A DNA stretch of 64,000 nucleotides from Candidatus Marinacidobacterales bacterium (GCA_965219415.1 CBDCNP010000002.1:1536001-1600000), one strand, 5' to 3'. Shown: positions 20,240 to 30,686, counted from the first letter of the stretch. Numbers and translations are program-made. The notes: a model not told the origin generated them from the sequence alone.

Positions 20240-22657
20240 TCACTTCAGAACGGTGACGTTCTTGTCTTTCCCCGCACTGCGGACGGCGTCGAAGAGCGCG
20301 CTCGGACCGTTGAACGAATCGCTGATGATGACGCCTTCGCCATGCAAAGCGTCCTGGAGCGCCGAAGAAACGGCATGGAGTGGCGCACCGCCGCCTTCGC
20401 CCATGCCCTTCGCCCCGTTGTAGGAAAAGGGCGACGGGCTCTCGAGGCTCCCGCACTCGATGCGTGGCATGTTCATCGCGGTGATCGGCACATACTCGGC
20501 GAACTGGCTGGTCAGCATGTTGCCGTCGGCGTCGTAAACGCAGTTCTCCAAGAGTGCAGCGCCGATGCCGTGCGCCGTCGCGCCGTGGACTTGTCCTTCC
20601 ACGATGGCGGGATTGATCTTCTTCCCGCAGTCGTCGACCGCGGCATAGGCGAGGATCTTGGGGTGGAACGTCTCTTTGTCGACCTCCATGACCGCGATGT
20701 GTAGTTGTGCCGCGTAAGTTAGCGTCAGGTTTCCGAACTTCTTCTCGAGATCGGGAATCTTGAACGGAGGGTGGTATATGTAGCGACAATTGAGGCTGAC
20801 GGTCTCGCGAAGCTCTTCGCTGAGCTCGAGGTTATTGGCGTTGACCAGGTTGGAAAGCCTCCAATAGGCGACCGAGCGATCGGTTCCCTTGACCCGTACT
20901 TCAGGACCCTGCTCCCCGATCCCGAACTCTAGATCACCTTCGTCTGCCTCTAGGGTGAAGGCGGCAATCTTTTTCATCTCCGCCTTGAGATTCTCGACCG
21001 CCCCGTGGACGGCGGAAAGCCCGGTGACCGCGAACTGGCTGGCGTAGGTTCCAGAGTGACCGGTATAAGTGTTCCATTCGGTGTCGAAACCGGGTCGCAC
21101 CGACACCATTTCCGGCTTGATGCCTAGCTCGCTGGCGACCACCTGCGACGTCGTCGTCTCGTGCGACTGCCCCTGAGGAACCGTGCCGAGAGTCACAACC
21201 ACCGTGCCATCGATGTCGAGCTTGACGTTCGCGACCTCGGAGTTACCTGAAAAGGGCAGGTAGGGATTAATGATGCGCGCCTGCCCGAAATTGTTGGTTC
21301 CGGAGTCGAGGGTCGTTCCGATGCCGATCCCGAACCACCTTCCCTCCTTGCGCGCGGCCTCTTGTTTTTTCTTCCAGTCGTCCCAACCGACGAGCTTCTT
21401 GGCGATCTCCATCATCTTCGGGAAATCACCCGAGTCGTAGACGCAGCCGTTGGGCGTTTCGTACGGGAAATCTCGGATGTAGTTCCGGAGGCGCATCTCG
21501 TCACCGGGGATACCCAGCTTGTGGGCACAGATATCGATGACGCGCTCCACAAACCACAGATGCTGAAGCCGGGAATAGCCCCGATTGGGCCCCACCGGAC
21601 ACTTGTTAGTCACCGCCTGTTGGAAGTCGATGCGGAGATTCCGGATCTTGTAGGTCGCGGGCACCACCTGCGACCAGATCACGCATCCGAGGGGCTCGTA
21701 ACGAGGAAAGGCGCCGGCGTCATCGATGTGCTTGGAACGGATGGCGGTGATGATGCCGTCCTTGTCGAGGGCGACCTCGGTATTGCGATAGGTTCGCTCG
21801 TTCCCGTGGGCGCTCCCCGTCAGGTGCTCGCTGCGGGTCTCGGCCCACTTCACCGGAACACCACCAGCTTTGCGCGAGAGCAAAGCGCAAATCGCCATCG
21901 TTGGATAGTTCGTGATTTTGATCCCGAAACTACCTCCGATGTCGTGCGTCTTGGCGCGGATCTGATCGATGGGAACTCTAAGCGCCGGTGCCAGGAACTG
22001 AAGCGCGAACGCCGGGAAGGAACAATTTGTCCAGAAGTGAATTCTTCCCTCCGTCGCCCACTGCGCAACATGGGCGTTGTTCTCGAGCGGCGTACTCGTA
22101 AATCGATGGAAGTGCATCTTGTCGATCTCGACGATGTGGGCCGCCTCGTCGAACGCCTTGTCGACCTCACCCCACTCGTAGACTCCGTGCCAAACCTTGT
22201 TAGTCCCCGCCGTCTCGTGGAGGATCGTTTTGTCTTCCAGTGCGACCTCGGTGTCCACCACCACCTCGAGCATGTCGTAGTCCACGTCGATCAGCGCGGC
22301 GGCGTCCGAGGCGATGGCGGCCGTTTCGGCGGCGACCGCGACGACGGGTTCACCCTGGAAGCGTACCTTCCCCACTGCCATGCAGTAGTCCTGGATCTTG
22401 GCGCCGGGGTCAGGCGGGAGCTCGATGAATGGATCCGTCTGCTCCGCGACTTCGGTTCCGGTCAGCGTGCAGACCACGCCGGGCATCGCCTCGGCCTCGG
22501 AAACGTCGATGCTATTTATTTTGGCGTGCGCGTAGGGCGACGTGACGAATTTCACGTGCAGCATGCCGCCCATCTTGTAATCGTCCACGAAGAGGCCTTT
22601 GCCACGAACCAACCTATCATCCTCCTTACGGTGAACGGTCTTACCTACCCAACTCAT
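20240..22657 (-). CDS. Xanthine dehydrogenase-family Mo-hydroxylase, large molybdopterin subunit
   Basis: RKEDDRLVRGKG, GGSFGIK, PQGQSHETT, VEGQVHG, AKGMGEGG; the active-site loop reads GPNRGYSR. Confidence 0.92.
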   Translation of the reverse strand: MSWVGKTVHRKEDDRLVRGKGLFVDDYKMGGMLHVKFVTSPYAHAKINSIDVSEAEAMPGVVCTLTGTEVAEQTDPFIELPPDPGAKIQDYCMAVGKVRFQGEPVVAVAAETAAIASDAAALIDVDYDMLEVVVDTEVALEDKTILHETAGTNKVWHGVYEWGEVDKAFDEAAHIVEIDKMHFHRFTSTPLENNAHVAQWATEGRIHFWTNCSFPAFALQFLAPALRVPIDQIRAKTHDIGGSFGIKITNYPTMAICALLSRKAGGVPVKWAETRSEHLTGSAHGNERTYRNTEVALDKDGIITAIRSKHIDDAGAFPRYEPLGCVIWSQVVPATYKIRNLRIDFQQAVTNKCPVGPNRGYSRLQHLWFVERVIDICAHKLGIPGDEMRLRNYIRDFPYETPNGCVYDSGDFPKMMEIAKKLVGWDDWKKKQEAARKEGRWFGIGIGTTLDSGTNNFGQARIINPYLPFSGNSEVANVKLDIDGTVVVTLGTVPQGQSHETTTSQVVASELGIKPEMVSVRPGFDTEWNTYTGHSGTYASQFAVTGLSAVHGAVENLKAEMKKIAAFTLEADEGDLEFGIGEQGPEVRVKGTDRSVAYWRLSNLVNANNLELSEELRETVSLNCRYIYHPPFKIPDLEKKFGNLTLTYAAQLHIAVMEVDKETFHPKILAYAAVDDCGKKINPAIVEGQVHGATAHGIGAALLENCVYDADGNMLTSQFAEYVPITAMNMPRIECGSLESPSPFSYNGAKGMGEGGGAPLHAVSSALQDALHGEGVIISDSFNGPSALFDAVRSAGKDKNVTVLK

Positions 22658-23112
22658 GCCGCTCCTCCTGACGACAACTTATCTCGCAATCCGCCGATCA
22701 GCGTCTCGATGTTTTTCTTGGCGATCGGCTTCAAGAGCCCACCTGCCAGAGACGCGAGCTTTCCTAGAATGATGACCTCACCCTTCCACGTGACCTTGGT
22801 CTTTCCGGCGTCGCCATTGGTGAGGTCGAATCCCGCGGTCAAATTCATCGACCCGCCGGCCATCTTCCCCTTGCCGGTGTAGAGCGCGTGCTCGGGAGGC
22901 CTGTCCTCGTCCAGCCGAAGTTTCACCGTCGCCGATCCTGGAATCTGCGGAACACCAACCTTGAGCTTCACCAAGCAGGTCTTGTCACCCTCAACCTCCA
23001 TGCTTTGAAAACCCGGCAGCAGGGGGCCGAACTCTTCTGGATTCGACAAGAACTTGTAGACGTCTTCCTTGTCTCGTTGGACCTCAAAATCACCTTCGAA
23101 GCTGATCGCCAT
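22654..23112 (-). CDS. CoxG/SRPBCC family protein
   Basis: 152 aa with V..FL.NPE....LPG and GKLASLAGGLL; lies inside the MSGL operon. Confidence 0.85.
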   Translation of the reverse strand: MAISFEGDFEVQRDKEDVYKFLSNPEEFGPLLPGFQSMEVEGDKTCLVKLKVGVPQIPGSATVKLRLDEDRPPEHALYTGKGKMAGGSMNLTAGFDLTNGDAGKTKVTWKGEVIILGKLASLAGGLLKPIAKKNIETLIGGLRDKLSSGGAA

Positions 23113-23121
23113 GACGTGTCC

Positions 23122-23601
23122 TCACTTCGTGCCGGCGGCCGACTTGATGGCCGCCATGATGTTCTGATAACCCGTGCAACGGCATACGTTTCCCGCAATG
23201 CCCTTGCGAATTTGTTTCTCATCGGGCTTCGAATTCTTGGCCAGCAGATGCGTTACCGACATCAAGAAGCCCGGAGTGCAGTAGCCGCACTGGAGACCGT
23301 GCTCATCGGAGAAGGCCTGCTGGACCGGATCGAGCTTGCCGTCCTTCTCGAGTCCTTCCACCGTAAGGATCTCTCCCCCATCAGCTTGAACGGCAAACAT
23401 CGTGCAGGACTTCACGGCGAGCTCGTCGAGAATCACGGTACAGGCACCACAGTAGGTGGTCTCGCACCCGATGTGGGTTCCGGTCAGTGCCAGCTCCTCG
23501 CGGATGAATTCCACGAGCAGCATCCGAGGTTCGACTTCGCGCCGGTAAGTCCGGCCGTTCACGTTGACTTCCACGGGGACTCTTGGAATTTGCTCAGACA
23601 T
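23122..23601 (-). CDS. Mo-hydroxylase small subunit, 2x[2Fe-2S]
   Basis: GCETTYCGACT, QCGYCTPG, GNVCRCTGY. Confidence 0.93.
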   Translation of the reverse strand: MSEQIPRVPVEVNVNGRTYRREVEPRMLLVEFIREELALTGTHIGCETTYCGACTVILDELAVKSCTMFAVQADGGEILTVEGLEKDGKLDPVQQAFSDEHGLQCGYCTPGFLMSVTHLLAKNSKPDEKQIRKGIAGNVCRCTGYQNIMAAIKSAAGTK

Positions 23602-24487
23602 ATTCGTGGCTCCCCTCGATCGTTTCCCCGCCGGCCCTGCGGACGGCTCGTTGGGCGGCCCGTTTCACCAGAGCCCGTACCAAGACCTTTTTATAATCGG
23701 ACGAACCGCGAATATCGGACAGCGGTTCGGCTGCCACCATAGCGGCCTCGGCCACCGACTCTAGGTTCTCGGCGGTCGCCGCCTTGCCCTTCAGAAAGTC
23801 CTCGGCCTCTTTGGCCCGCACCGCAGTCAGTCCGACGGAGCCCATGACGATCTGCACATCCTCGCAGGTGTCTCCTTTCATGGTGAGCTGCACCGCGGCG
23901 CTGGCGGTGGCGTAGACCTGAGCGCTCCTTTTGAAGGCCAGGTAGGCTCCGCCGCTGCCTTTGGGAGGAATCTCCGCGCGGATCTCGCGGACGAGCTCGC
24001 CCGGTTCGAGGGCGTTCGAATAAGCGTCTAGGATAAAATCCACCAACGGAACGGTGCGCGACTCCTGGGGTCCCTGGCAAACGACTTGGGCGCCTAGAGT
24101 CAGCAAGACTGGAACCCAATCACCGCTGGGATCGGCCTCAGCCACCGAGCCACCGAGCGTTCCTCGGTTGCGGACCTGGACGTCGGCGATACCGCCGGCG
24201 CAGTCGGCCAGTATGGGGACTCGACCCGCGGCGGCGGACTCAGCGATGGCGCCATGCCGGGCCAACGCGCCGAAACGGACCTGGCCTTCGCTCTCATTGA
24301 TCCCGTCTAAGCCGGAGATGAAGTTGATATCGATCAAATCAGATGGCGCCGCCAAGCGCAGTTTCATGAGTGGGATCAGGCTTTGCCCTCCAGCCAGAAG
24401 CTTGGCCTCGTCTCCCAAATCTTTGAGCATCGAGGCCGCTTCCGTGAGGGAGCTTGCCCGGTGATAGCGAAAGGGTGCAGGGTACAT
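23594..24487 (-). CDS. Mo-hydroxylase medium FAD-binding subunit
   Basis: LAGGQSLIPLMKLR, QVRNRGTLGGS, DIRGSSDYK. Confidence 0.93.
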   Translation of the reverse strand: MYPAPFRYHRASSLTEAASMLKDLGDEAKLLAGGQSLIPLMKLRLAAPSDLIDINFISGLDGINESEGQVRFGALARHGAIAESAAAGRVPILADCAGGIADVQVRNRGTLGGSVAEADPSGDWVPVLLTLGAQVVCQGPQESRTVPLVDFILDAYSNALEPGELVREIRAEIPPKGSGGAYLAFKRSAQVYATASAAVQLTMKGDTCEDVQIVMGSVGLTAVRAKEAEDFLKGKAATAENLESVAEAAMVAAEPLSDIRGSSDYKKVLVRALVKRAAQRAVRRAGGETIEGSHEYV

Positions 24488-24582
24488 CGCGCTGTCTCCT
24501 TGACAGTTTCGGCTAGAGCGGCGGGTAGATTAACACAGGCCGAGTTCGCGAGCGAAACCTGTTTTGCGGAGGTTCCAAAATG

Positions 24583-27456
24583 TCAGCGGGGCTCGTCGGA
24601 GCCCGGCGAGCCACCGACCTCGCGGCTTTCCTTCCAAGCAGAGGGGTCGTTCGCATCCTTCGCCGGATCGGCGTCATATCGCACGAGCGAGGGCCCTCCA
24701 CCGTCGGCGCCCGCCGGCCAGCGCCCGCTATCGTCGTACGCCACCTCGAGAACGACATTGCCGTTCGGTGCGGTCAATTGGAGCCGTTCACCGCCGTTGT
24801 TGAGCGCACCCTCATAGGCTCCTAGCGGCTCGAACCCATAGCGCCGGATGAAGGCTTCTTGGTTGGCCGCCAAAACGATTTGTGCCCCGCCCGACAGGAC
24901 CGTTTCCATGGGGAAGGTAAACCGGATGCCGGCGCTGAAGGACAATCCGCCCAGGTCGAGTGGCGTCGGCCCCGTATTCTTGATTTCGAGGAACTCGTGA
25001 AGCGACTCGTCAACTAGGAGCTCGTCCTCTTCAGGGTGATACATGATCTCCGTCATGAGAAGCGCCGACCAATCCTGCTCCATAAAGAACAGTGCTTCGT
25101 TCAACGCACTCCAACGTCCATCCGCGAGGACACGCGCCTTCAGCACGGTCGCCAACTCCAGTCGAACTGGCTCCCCACGGTACTCGCGCGCCGCGTCCGT
25201 CACGGTGCTCTCGAAGGAGCGACGAGGATCGCTCCCGTCGGTGGTGTAATAGATCGTGCCGGCCGGTGCCTCGACCGTAACCTCGAGACCCGGCTCGAAG
25301 AGACCACCGTGTCGGCCGAAGCGCGGCGCCTCGAGACGCGGATAGAGCGCTTCATCACGGCATTGAGCAAGGAACTGTGCGGCGCGCCTAGGAAGCCAGT
25401 CCTCCAAGATGCGGTCGCGCTCCTCTACCCACTCTTCGTCGCGAGTGAATGCGGGCGTTCGTCGTGTAGCGCCCCACCGCGCCGACTCGGCGATGATGGC
25501 TTGGTCGATGCGAGACGCCCACTGGAAATAGCGGGCCGCGGGACGGTTGCGTTCTGCCTCGGCCGGCTCCCAGCCGGGGCGATCGGGGTCGACATAAAAC
25601 GTGCCGTCGTTATAGAAGTGCCGGTGTAGTCGATCACCAAACCGGAGCCGAAACTCCGCGTTGTCTCTTAGCTTCTGAAACAGCCGACCCGGCGTCTTGT
25701 CTCCATTGCCGGTCGTCAAGCCCCTTTGATAATCCCCCGAGTTGGTCCACACCGGTCGATAGTGCGGGAGCGTCCACTCGGCGTCCCAGCTGAGGAAACG
25801 GAAACGCGCCTGTGGGACTCGTTTTCGAATCGCCCTCCAATTACGGATCGGCCAATCGTAGTTAGCGAGGAAGTTGTTCACGATGAGGTAATCGATGAAG
25901 TGGGTCAGATCCAAATAGCCGAGGAGCTTCCGAAAACCCACGTCGGACGACACACCTCGATTCGCAATCGCGAACATCGCATCGAAGACGGCAAGATCCC
26001 CCCGCTCGGCCCTGCGATCCTGAATGACGTCGAAATCGTCCTCATCGCCTCCGAAGACCGCCGCCGCGAAGTCCGCATCCTGACGGTCCTCCATAAAATA
26101 GAGCCCCCAGTACAGCCCGTTCACATACAGATGAACGAAGCGTCCCGAACCGTTGAAGCTTCCCGTCGAGTTCTGAGCGTCGCGTGTAAAAGCGTTCCGC
26201 AGATACTGAGCGTAGGCGTTCTCTGCCGTTCGCGTCGTCCAACTGTGATTGAAGCCAGCACGGAGCACGAGACTGTCATAGCGATCCATGGGTGAATCCG
26301 AAAACAGGCGATGCCGAAACTTACCGGGCCCGTACTTTCTTCGAAAGGCGATCCGGAAGCTGTGCTTAGGGGTGGCGCGCGGTTCGCGAGACCTCCCTCC
26401 TGAGATCCGCACCCCACAGTTGACTTGAAACTCTCTCTCACCAGGCCGAAGAAGCTCGAGCGAAGCCAGCTTTTCCCAGGCGCGACCTTTTTCGGTCGAG
26501 TGTCGATAGACTCCATCGGGGCCGAACATGTCCTCGTGAGAGGTAGTGAGGGAGAGACTGGGTATCGCCTGGAGCGCGCCGGCGATACGGTCTTGATAAA
26601 CAGGGCTTTCCACCACACCGGGATCCATCCCTGTACTCCAATGAGCGTCTTGGGGGGCGACGTCCTTCTGATTCCGAACGTCATCAACAAAGATATAGGT
26701 CCGGGTCACGATGGTAGTGGGTACCGCATGGGACTTGAAGGCGAGGGCTCTAAGGACGGTGGTTTCGTCGATCATGATCGGACCCTTATAGAGCTCCCCG
26801 TGGGTCGGGGAGGGCCAGCTACCATCGGTGGTGTAACGGATCGAGGCTTGCTGCGTCGGAGTCTGGATGCTCAGCTCGAACGGCTCGCCGGGAAAGGGCT
26901 CCTCTCTACCGAAACGAATCGTCTCCACTTTTTCGATGGACCACGGGGACAACCATCGCCTGGCGATGTCTCGCGGTGAGCTGTCGCCCGGGATCAACCA
27001 CTCTACTGCCAGAAAGTCCTTACTCTTGCCTTCCTTGTGTAGGATTTCGAGGTAGTACCGCTCGCCCGCGTCGAGCGCTACCGGCTCGGACAAGCCATCC
27101 GCCCGCGAGTGCGAGCTCGATGGACGTGCGATCGAGGTGAGGCGGGTCTTATGCTCGGGCCGATCGTCCGGGCTCAACCACAGCTCCGATGACCCGCGAC
27201 TCCCTAGGAGGAGCCGGTATTCCCCTGAGACGGGTGGGTGAAGGAAACCGCGGATTCTCGCGCCGTAGGAGTCCTCGAATTGCGCAGGCGACTCTAGTTC
27301 GTCGAGGAGTCGCCGGCCGGTGGGATTGTCGGGAAAATCTGGGTGGTCAGTGAGTTCGGAGACGGAGACTCCTTCGATTCCCACCCAGTACTCCCACAGG
27401 ACACCACCGCCCGCGGGTGAGGAAGTTGGCGAGCATGCCGAGGACACAGTGAGCAA
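24583..27456 (-). CDS. Secreted CotH kinase-family protein with PA14, chitobiase/FN3-like and lamin-tail domains
   Basis: PA14-like (YGARIRGFL.PP.SGEY, YYLEILHKEG); IRYTTDGS twice; CotH core (FVHLYVNGLYWGLY, NYDWPIRNW, WDAE); LTD (TEIMYHP, EFLEIKN). True start may lie about 50 nt upstream. Confidence 0.8.
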   Translation of the reverse strand: MLTVSSACSPTSSPAGGGVLWEYWVGIEGVSVSELTDHPDFPDNPTGRRLLDELESPAQFEDSYGARIRGFLHPPVSGEYRLLLGSRGSSELWLSPDDRPEHKTRLTSIARPSSSHSRADGLSEPVALDAGERYYLEILHKEGKSKDFLAVEWLIPGDSSPRDIARRWLSPWSIEKVETIRFGREEPFPGEPFELSIQTPTQQASIRYTTDGSWPSPTHGELYKGPIMIDETTVLRALAFKSHAVPTTIVTRTYIFVDDVRNQKDVAPQDAHWSTGMDPGVVESPVYQDRIAGALQAIPSLSLTTSHEDMFGPDGVYRHSTEKGRAWEKLASLELLRPGEREFQVNCGVRISGGRSREPRATPKHSFRIAFRRKYGPGKFRHRLFSDSPMDRYDSLVLRAGFNHSWTTRTAENAYAQYLRNAFTRDAQNSTGSFNGSGRFVHLYVNGLYWGLYFMEDRQDADFAAAVFGGDEDDFDVIQDRRAERGDLAVFDAMFAIANRGVSSDVGFRKLLGYLDLTHFIDYLIVNNFLANYDWPIRNWRAIRKRVPQARFRFLSWDAEWTLPHYRPVWTNSGDYQRGLTTGNGDKTPGRLFQKLRDNAEFRLRFGDRLHRHFYNDGTFYVDPDRPGWEPAEAERNRPAARYFQWASRIDQAIIAESARWGATRRTPAFTRDEEWVEERDRILEDWLPRRAAQFLAQCRDEALYPRLEAPRFGRHGGLFEPGLEVTVEAPAGTIYYTTDGSDPRRSFESTVTDAAREYRGEPVRLELATVLKARVLADGRWSALNEALFFMEQDWSALLMTEIMYHPEEDELLVDESLHEFLEIKNTGPTPLDLGGLSFSAGIRFTFPMETVLSGGAQIVLAANQEAFIRRYGFEPLGAYEGALNNGGERLQLTAPNGNVVLEVAYDDSGRWPAGADGGGPSLVRYDADPAKDANDPSAWKESREVGGSPGSDEPR

Positions 27457-27508
27457 CGATGTGCAAACCAGGTAGCCGACCGCTATCCAACCTCTGACTA
27501 TGCGCAGG

Positions 27509-28486
27509 TCAGATCTCCAAGAGGTCTTTGCCGACGATCACCTCACCGCGAAAGTGTTTGCTCGCCCGTTCACGCCACATGTCGTCGGTGATCGAAGGGT
27601 CGTCTCCCGGCACGAGGTGGGACAAGACCAACGTGCGAACACCCGCCTGCGAGGCCAGCCGACCAACGTCTTCCGCCTTGGTGTGACTCGCCAGAACGTG
27701 CTCGACTAACCGCGTGGCATTCCCCACCCTCTCGGCGAGACGCTCGATGCCGGGTGGGTAAAGTGCTTCGTGCACCAGCACGTCCGCACCTCGCGATAGC
27801 GTCAGGAGATCGTCATTCCATCTCTGCCCAGCCTGGCGGCGGGCGGTATCCCCCGAGATCACGATCGAGCGATCCGCGGTATCGAAACGGTACGCGAACG
27901 AAGCCTCGACCGGGGGATGATTCACGAGGGCGGCGGTTACCTTGACCCGATCGTCTTCCATCACCAGGCCTCCCGCGTCCAACTCATGCGCATGAATGAG
28001 TGGCGCCAGGGGAACCCGGCCTTCGCCTGCGACCCGTGTCTCGAGGTCGTACGCGTTCGAGTCGAAGAACAGCTTGGTCATCTTCTCGATCGGTGGAGGA
28101 CCATAGGCATCGACCCGGGTCGAGAGACCGCTTGCCCAGGCTAGCAGCGTCAAGTTTCCATAGTCGACGTTGTGATCCGAGTGTTGGTGGGTGATGAAGA
28201 TCTTCGCGAGGCGGCCGGGGCCGATGCGGGCTCGCACCAACTGGCGTGCGACTCCGTCTCCGCAATCCACAACGTAGGGGACGTCATCAACGAGAATGAC
28301 CTGAGAGGGCCCCGCACGCTCGGCCATCGGCCGCGGCCCGCCCCCGGTTCCCAACAAGATCAGACGGGTTCCGCCCGCTCTCTTCGGGCTTGGCTCTCCG
28401 GGTACGCCTCTACCCAAACCAACCGCCAGTGCACCGGTACCCAACAGAAAGTTGCGCCGCGAGAACGCGGAAGAGCGCATGGACAC
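27509..28486 (-). CDS. MBL-fold metallo-hydrolase (RNase Z / arylsulfatase-like) with Tat signal
   Basis: SRRNFL; LLGTGGGP; THQHSDH; SGDT; LVHEA; LVLSHLVP. Confidence 0.87.
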   Translation of the reverse strand: MSMRSSAFSRRNFLLGTGALAVGLGRGVPGEPSPKRAGGTRLILLGTGGGPRPMAERAGPSQVILVDDVPYVVDCGDGVARQLVRARIGPGRLAKIFITHQHSDHNVDYGNLTLLAWASGLSTRVDAYGPPPIEKMTKLFFDSNAYDLETRVAGEGRVPLAPLIHAHELDAGGLVMEDDRVKVTAALVNHPPVEASFAYRFDTADRSIVISGDTARRQAGQRWNDDLLTLSRGADVLVHEALYPPGIERLAERVGNATRLVEHVLASHTKAEDVGRLASQAGVRTLVLSHLVPGDDPSITDDMWRERASKHFRGEVIVGKDLLEI

Positions 28487-28620
28487 CCCCTTTAGGACTC
28501 CGCGATTCTAGCCGCGCGGCCAACCCCCGGCAAGGGGCGTCTGACCCCGTTCAAATGACGCCCCGGTGGGCGTCAAAACGGTACGTTGCCATTAGTCAGC
28601 CGAGTCAGACGCCTATTCTG

Positions 28621-28662
28621 GGATCCGACGTCTGTCCCATTCTGACATCTGACCCCGGTCCC
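28621..28662. repeat. Dispersed intergenic repeat, copy 1 (REP-like, TCTGACCCC core)
   Basis: 35/42 nt identical and colinear with 38354-38395, including an identical ATCTGACCCCGGTCCC. Confidence 0.65.
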
Positions 28663-28702
28663 ATGGGTCCCATGGGATACAATTCAGCAGCAGGGGTGCC
28701 CA

Positions 28703-29449
28703 ATGAAGCTCAACGGTAAGACTGTACTGGTAACCGGAGGAAGCCGAGGTCTCGGCAGATCCATCGCCAACGCCTGCGCCGAGGAAGGCGCAGACCTCGT
28801 CATCACCGGCCGCGACAAGGTGGCCCTCGATGCCACTGCCGACCGCATTCGCTCCCTCGGGCGCTTGTGTATGGCGGTCGAGCTCGAAGTCTCGGATTCG
28901 TCCGCGGTCGAGGAAGCGGCCGACCGAGTCTGGTCGGAAATGGGCACCGTCGACGTTGCCTTCAACAACGCGGGCACCAATTTCTTCAGCCCCACGCTCG
29001 ATACCAGCGACGATGACTGGCACCGCGTCATCGAAGTCAACCTGAGCGGCGTCTTTTATTGTTGTCGCTCGTTCGGCAAGCGAATGCTCGAACAGGGCCG
29101 CGGGAAAATCGTCAATACGTCGACCGACCTCGGGATCCGAGGGTTTGCGAACGCCGCCGCCTATGCCGCCAGCAAGGGGGGATTGATTGCTCTATCGAAG
29201 AGCTTGGCTTGGGAATGGGCGCCGACTGTTACCGTCAACGTAATCGCGCCCGGGCCCTTTTACACCGACCTCACGAAGCCGGCGTTCGATCAGCCCGAGA
29301 TGGCGGCGGGTTTGAAGGCGGCTAGCCCACTGGGTCGTTGGGCTCAGCCGAGCGAGCTCGGGCCCCTCGCGGTCTTGATGGCGGGGGGAGGCTCCGACTT
29401 CATGACCGGCACCGTGATCGGAATCGACGGCGGTATCATGCGCGCCTGA
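28703..29449 (+). CDS. SDR-family NAD(P)-dependent oxidoreductase
   Basis: TGGSRGLG, NNAG, YAASK. Confidence 0.93.
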   Translation: MKLNGKTVLVTGGSRGLGRSIANACAEEGADLVITGRDKVALDATADRIRSLGRLCMAVELEVSDSSAVEEAADRVWSEMGTVDVAFNNAGTNFFSPTLDTSDDDWHRVIEVNLSGVFYCCRSFGKRMLEQGRGKIVNTSTDLGIRGFANAAAYAASKGGLIALSKSLAWEWAPTVTVNVIAPGPFYTDLTKPAFDQPEMAAGLKAASPLGRWAQPSELGPLAVLMAGGGSDFMTGTVIGIDGGIMRA

Positions 29450-29462
29450 ATCAGCTCGCTCC

Positions 29463-30643
29463 CTACTCCTCCAAGCGGTTGTATTTCCTCAGCACCTCGC
29501 GAAGCCGTTCGTGGGGGATGGCGTAGACTTTGTTTCCGTTCGCGCCGCTCATCGTCTCCGCGGCCACCATCGCATTGACCACCGCTTCCTCGGTTGCCTC
29601 GACGGTCGCCTCGAACAGCGGGTTGAGGCTCCCGTTTCCGAGCATGCGGAGGTCGAACAGCCCACCCTCCTCGGTTCCGATCTCCGGGTGCGCGGTTGTG
29701 AACGCGACAAAGATGTCGCCGGAGCCGTTACCGGCGATGCTACCGTTTCGACCCAGGCCCAAACTGGCGCGTTTGGCGATTCGCTTCAATTGATGGGGTA
29801 AAACGGGAGCGTCGGTCGCAACAACGATAATGATCGACCCTTCTTTTACCAGGGCTTGATCGAGCTCCGGCATCAAGTCGGTGATCTCCCGGCCAACCGG
29901 CACGCCGGCGATGCGAAGCTGCTCACGCCCGCCGAAGTTGGCCTGAACGAGGACGCCGACACGATACGTTCCGTGCTCGGTCTCCGCGATGCGCGACGAG
30001 GTACCGATACCCCCCTTGAACTCGTGGACCACCATACCGGTTCCACCACCGACGTTGCCTTCCGCGACCGGCCCGGGTCGCGCCGACTCGATGGCGCGGA
30101 AGACGTGCTCGCGCTGGACATGAAAACCGTCGATGTCGTTCAGGTAACCATCCCACGTCTCGGCTGCAACCGGGAGACTCCAATTCACACCCTCCACGTG
30201 GCGCACCGACCATTCGATGAGCGCCTGATGTACCGTGCCCACGCTGTGGGTATTGGTGATCGCCACCGGCCCTTCTAAGATCCCGGCCCTTCTAAGATCC
30301 CCGACTCCTCAATCCACGTCGTGCCGGTCATCTCACCGTTGGCGTTGAGCGTGAACCATGCGGCGAAGACCTGGTTCTTGGCGGTCCGTCCTTTGGGAAG
30401 CACTACCGTCACGCCGGTGCGCACTGGACCCTTCCCCACTTCGAGTACGCCGTCGCCAGAGATGATGGTGGTGTGCCCCACTTCCACACCCTGGACGTCG
30501 GTAATCGCATTCAGCGGGCCGGGTATCCCGTCGAATGGGATGCCCAGATCGCGGGCTCTTGGATTGGATTGTGCTGCCGCGACGGCGACCGAGAGCGCAA
30601 CGACCAAAAAGGTGAAAGATCCAAGTAAATGTCGATACATCAC
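29463..30643 (-). pseudogene. DmpA-like P1/S58 aminopeptidase with signal peptide, frameshifted by a 17-bp tandem duplication
   Basis: RARDLGIPF..PGPLNAITDV, RTGVT, NANGEMTG | ITNTHSVG, EGNVGGGTGM, EGSIII (autocleavage G|S), GSGD. Confidence 0.87.
30266..30299. repeat. 17-bp tandem duplication CCGGCCCTTCTAAGATC x2
   Basis: Exact direct repeat at 30266-30282 and 30283-30299, at the break between the two DmpA ORFs. Confidence 0.9.
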
Positions 30644-30686
30644 CGCATCTCCTTGCCTTTGTTGAGCTTCGCCTTAAACCCTTGAC

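Noticed and set aside
21362-22882. Long antisense ORFs (also 5707-6855, 46478-48004, 49047-50255, 1728-2531)
   Set aside because: They are shadows of well-supported genes on the opposite strand, expected in high-GC coding DNA, and show no family motifs.
20240-24487. Aerobic CO dehydrogenase (coxMSL)
   Set aside because: The large subunit lacks the Cu-binding AYxCSFR motif, and there are no coxDEF genes.
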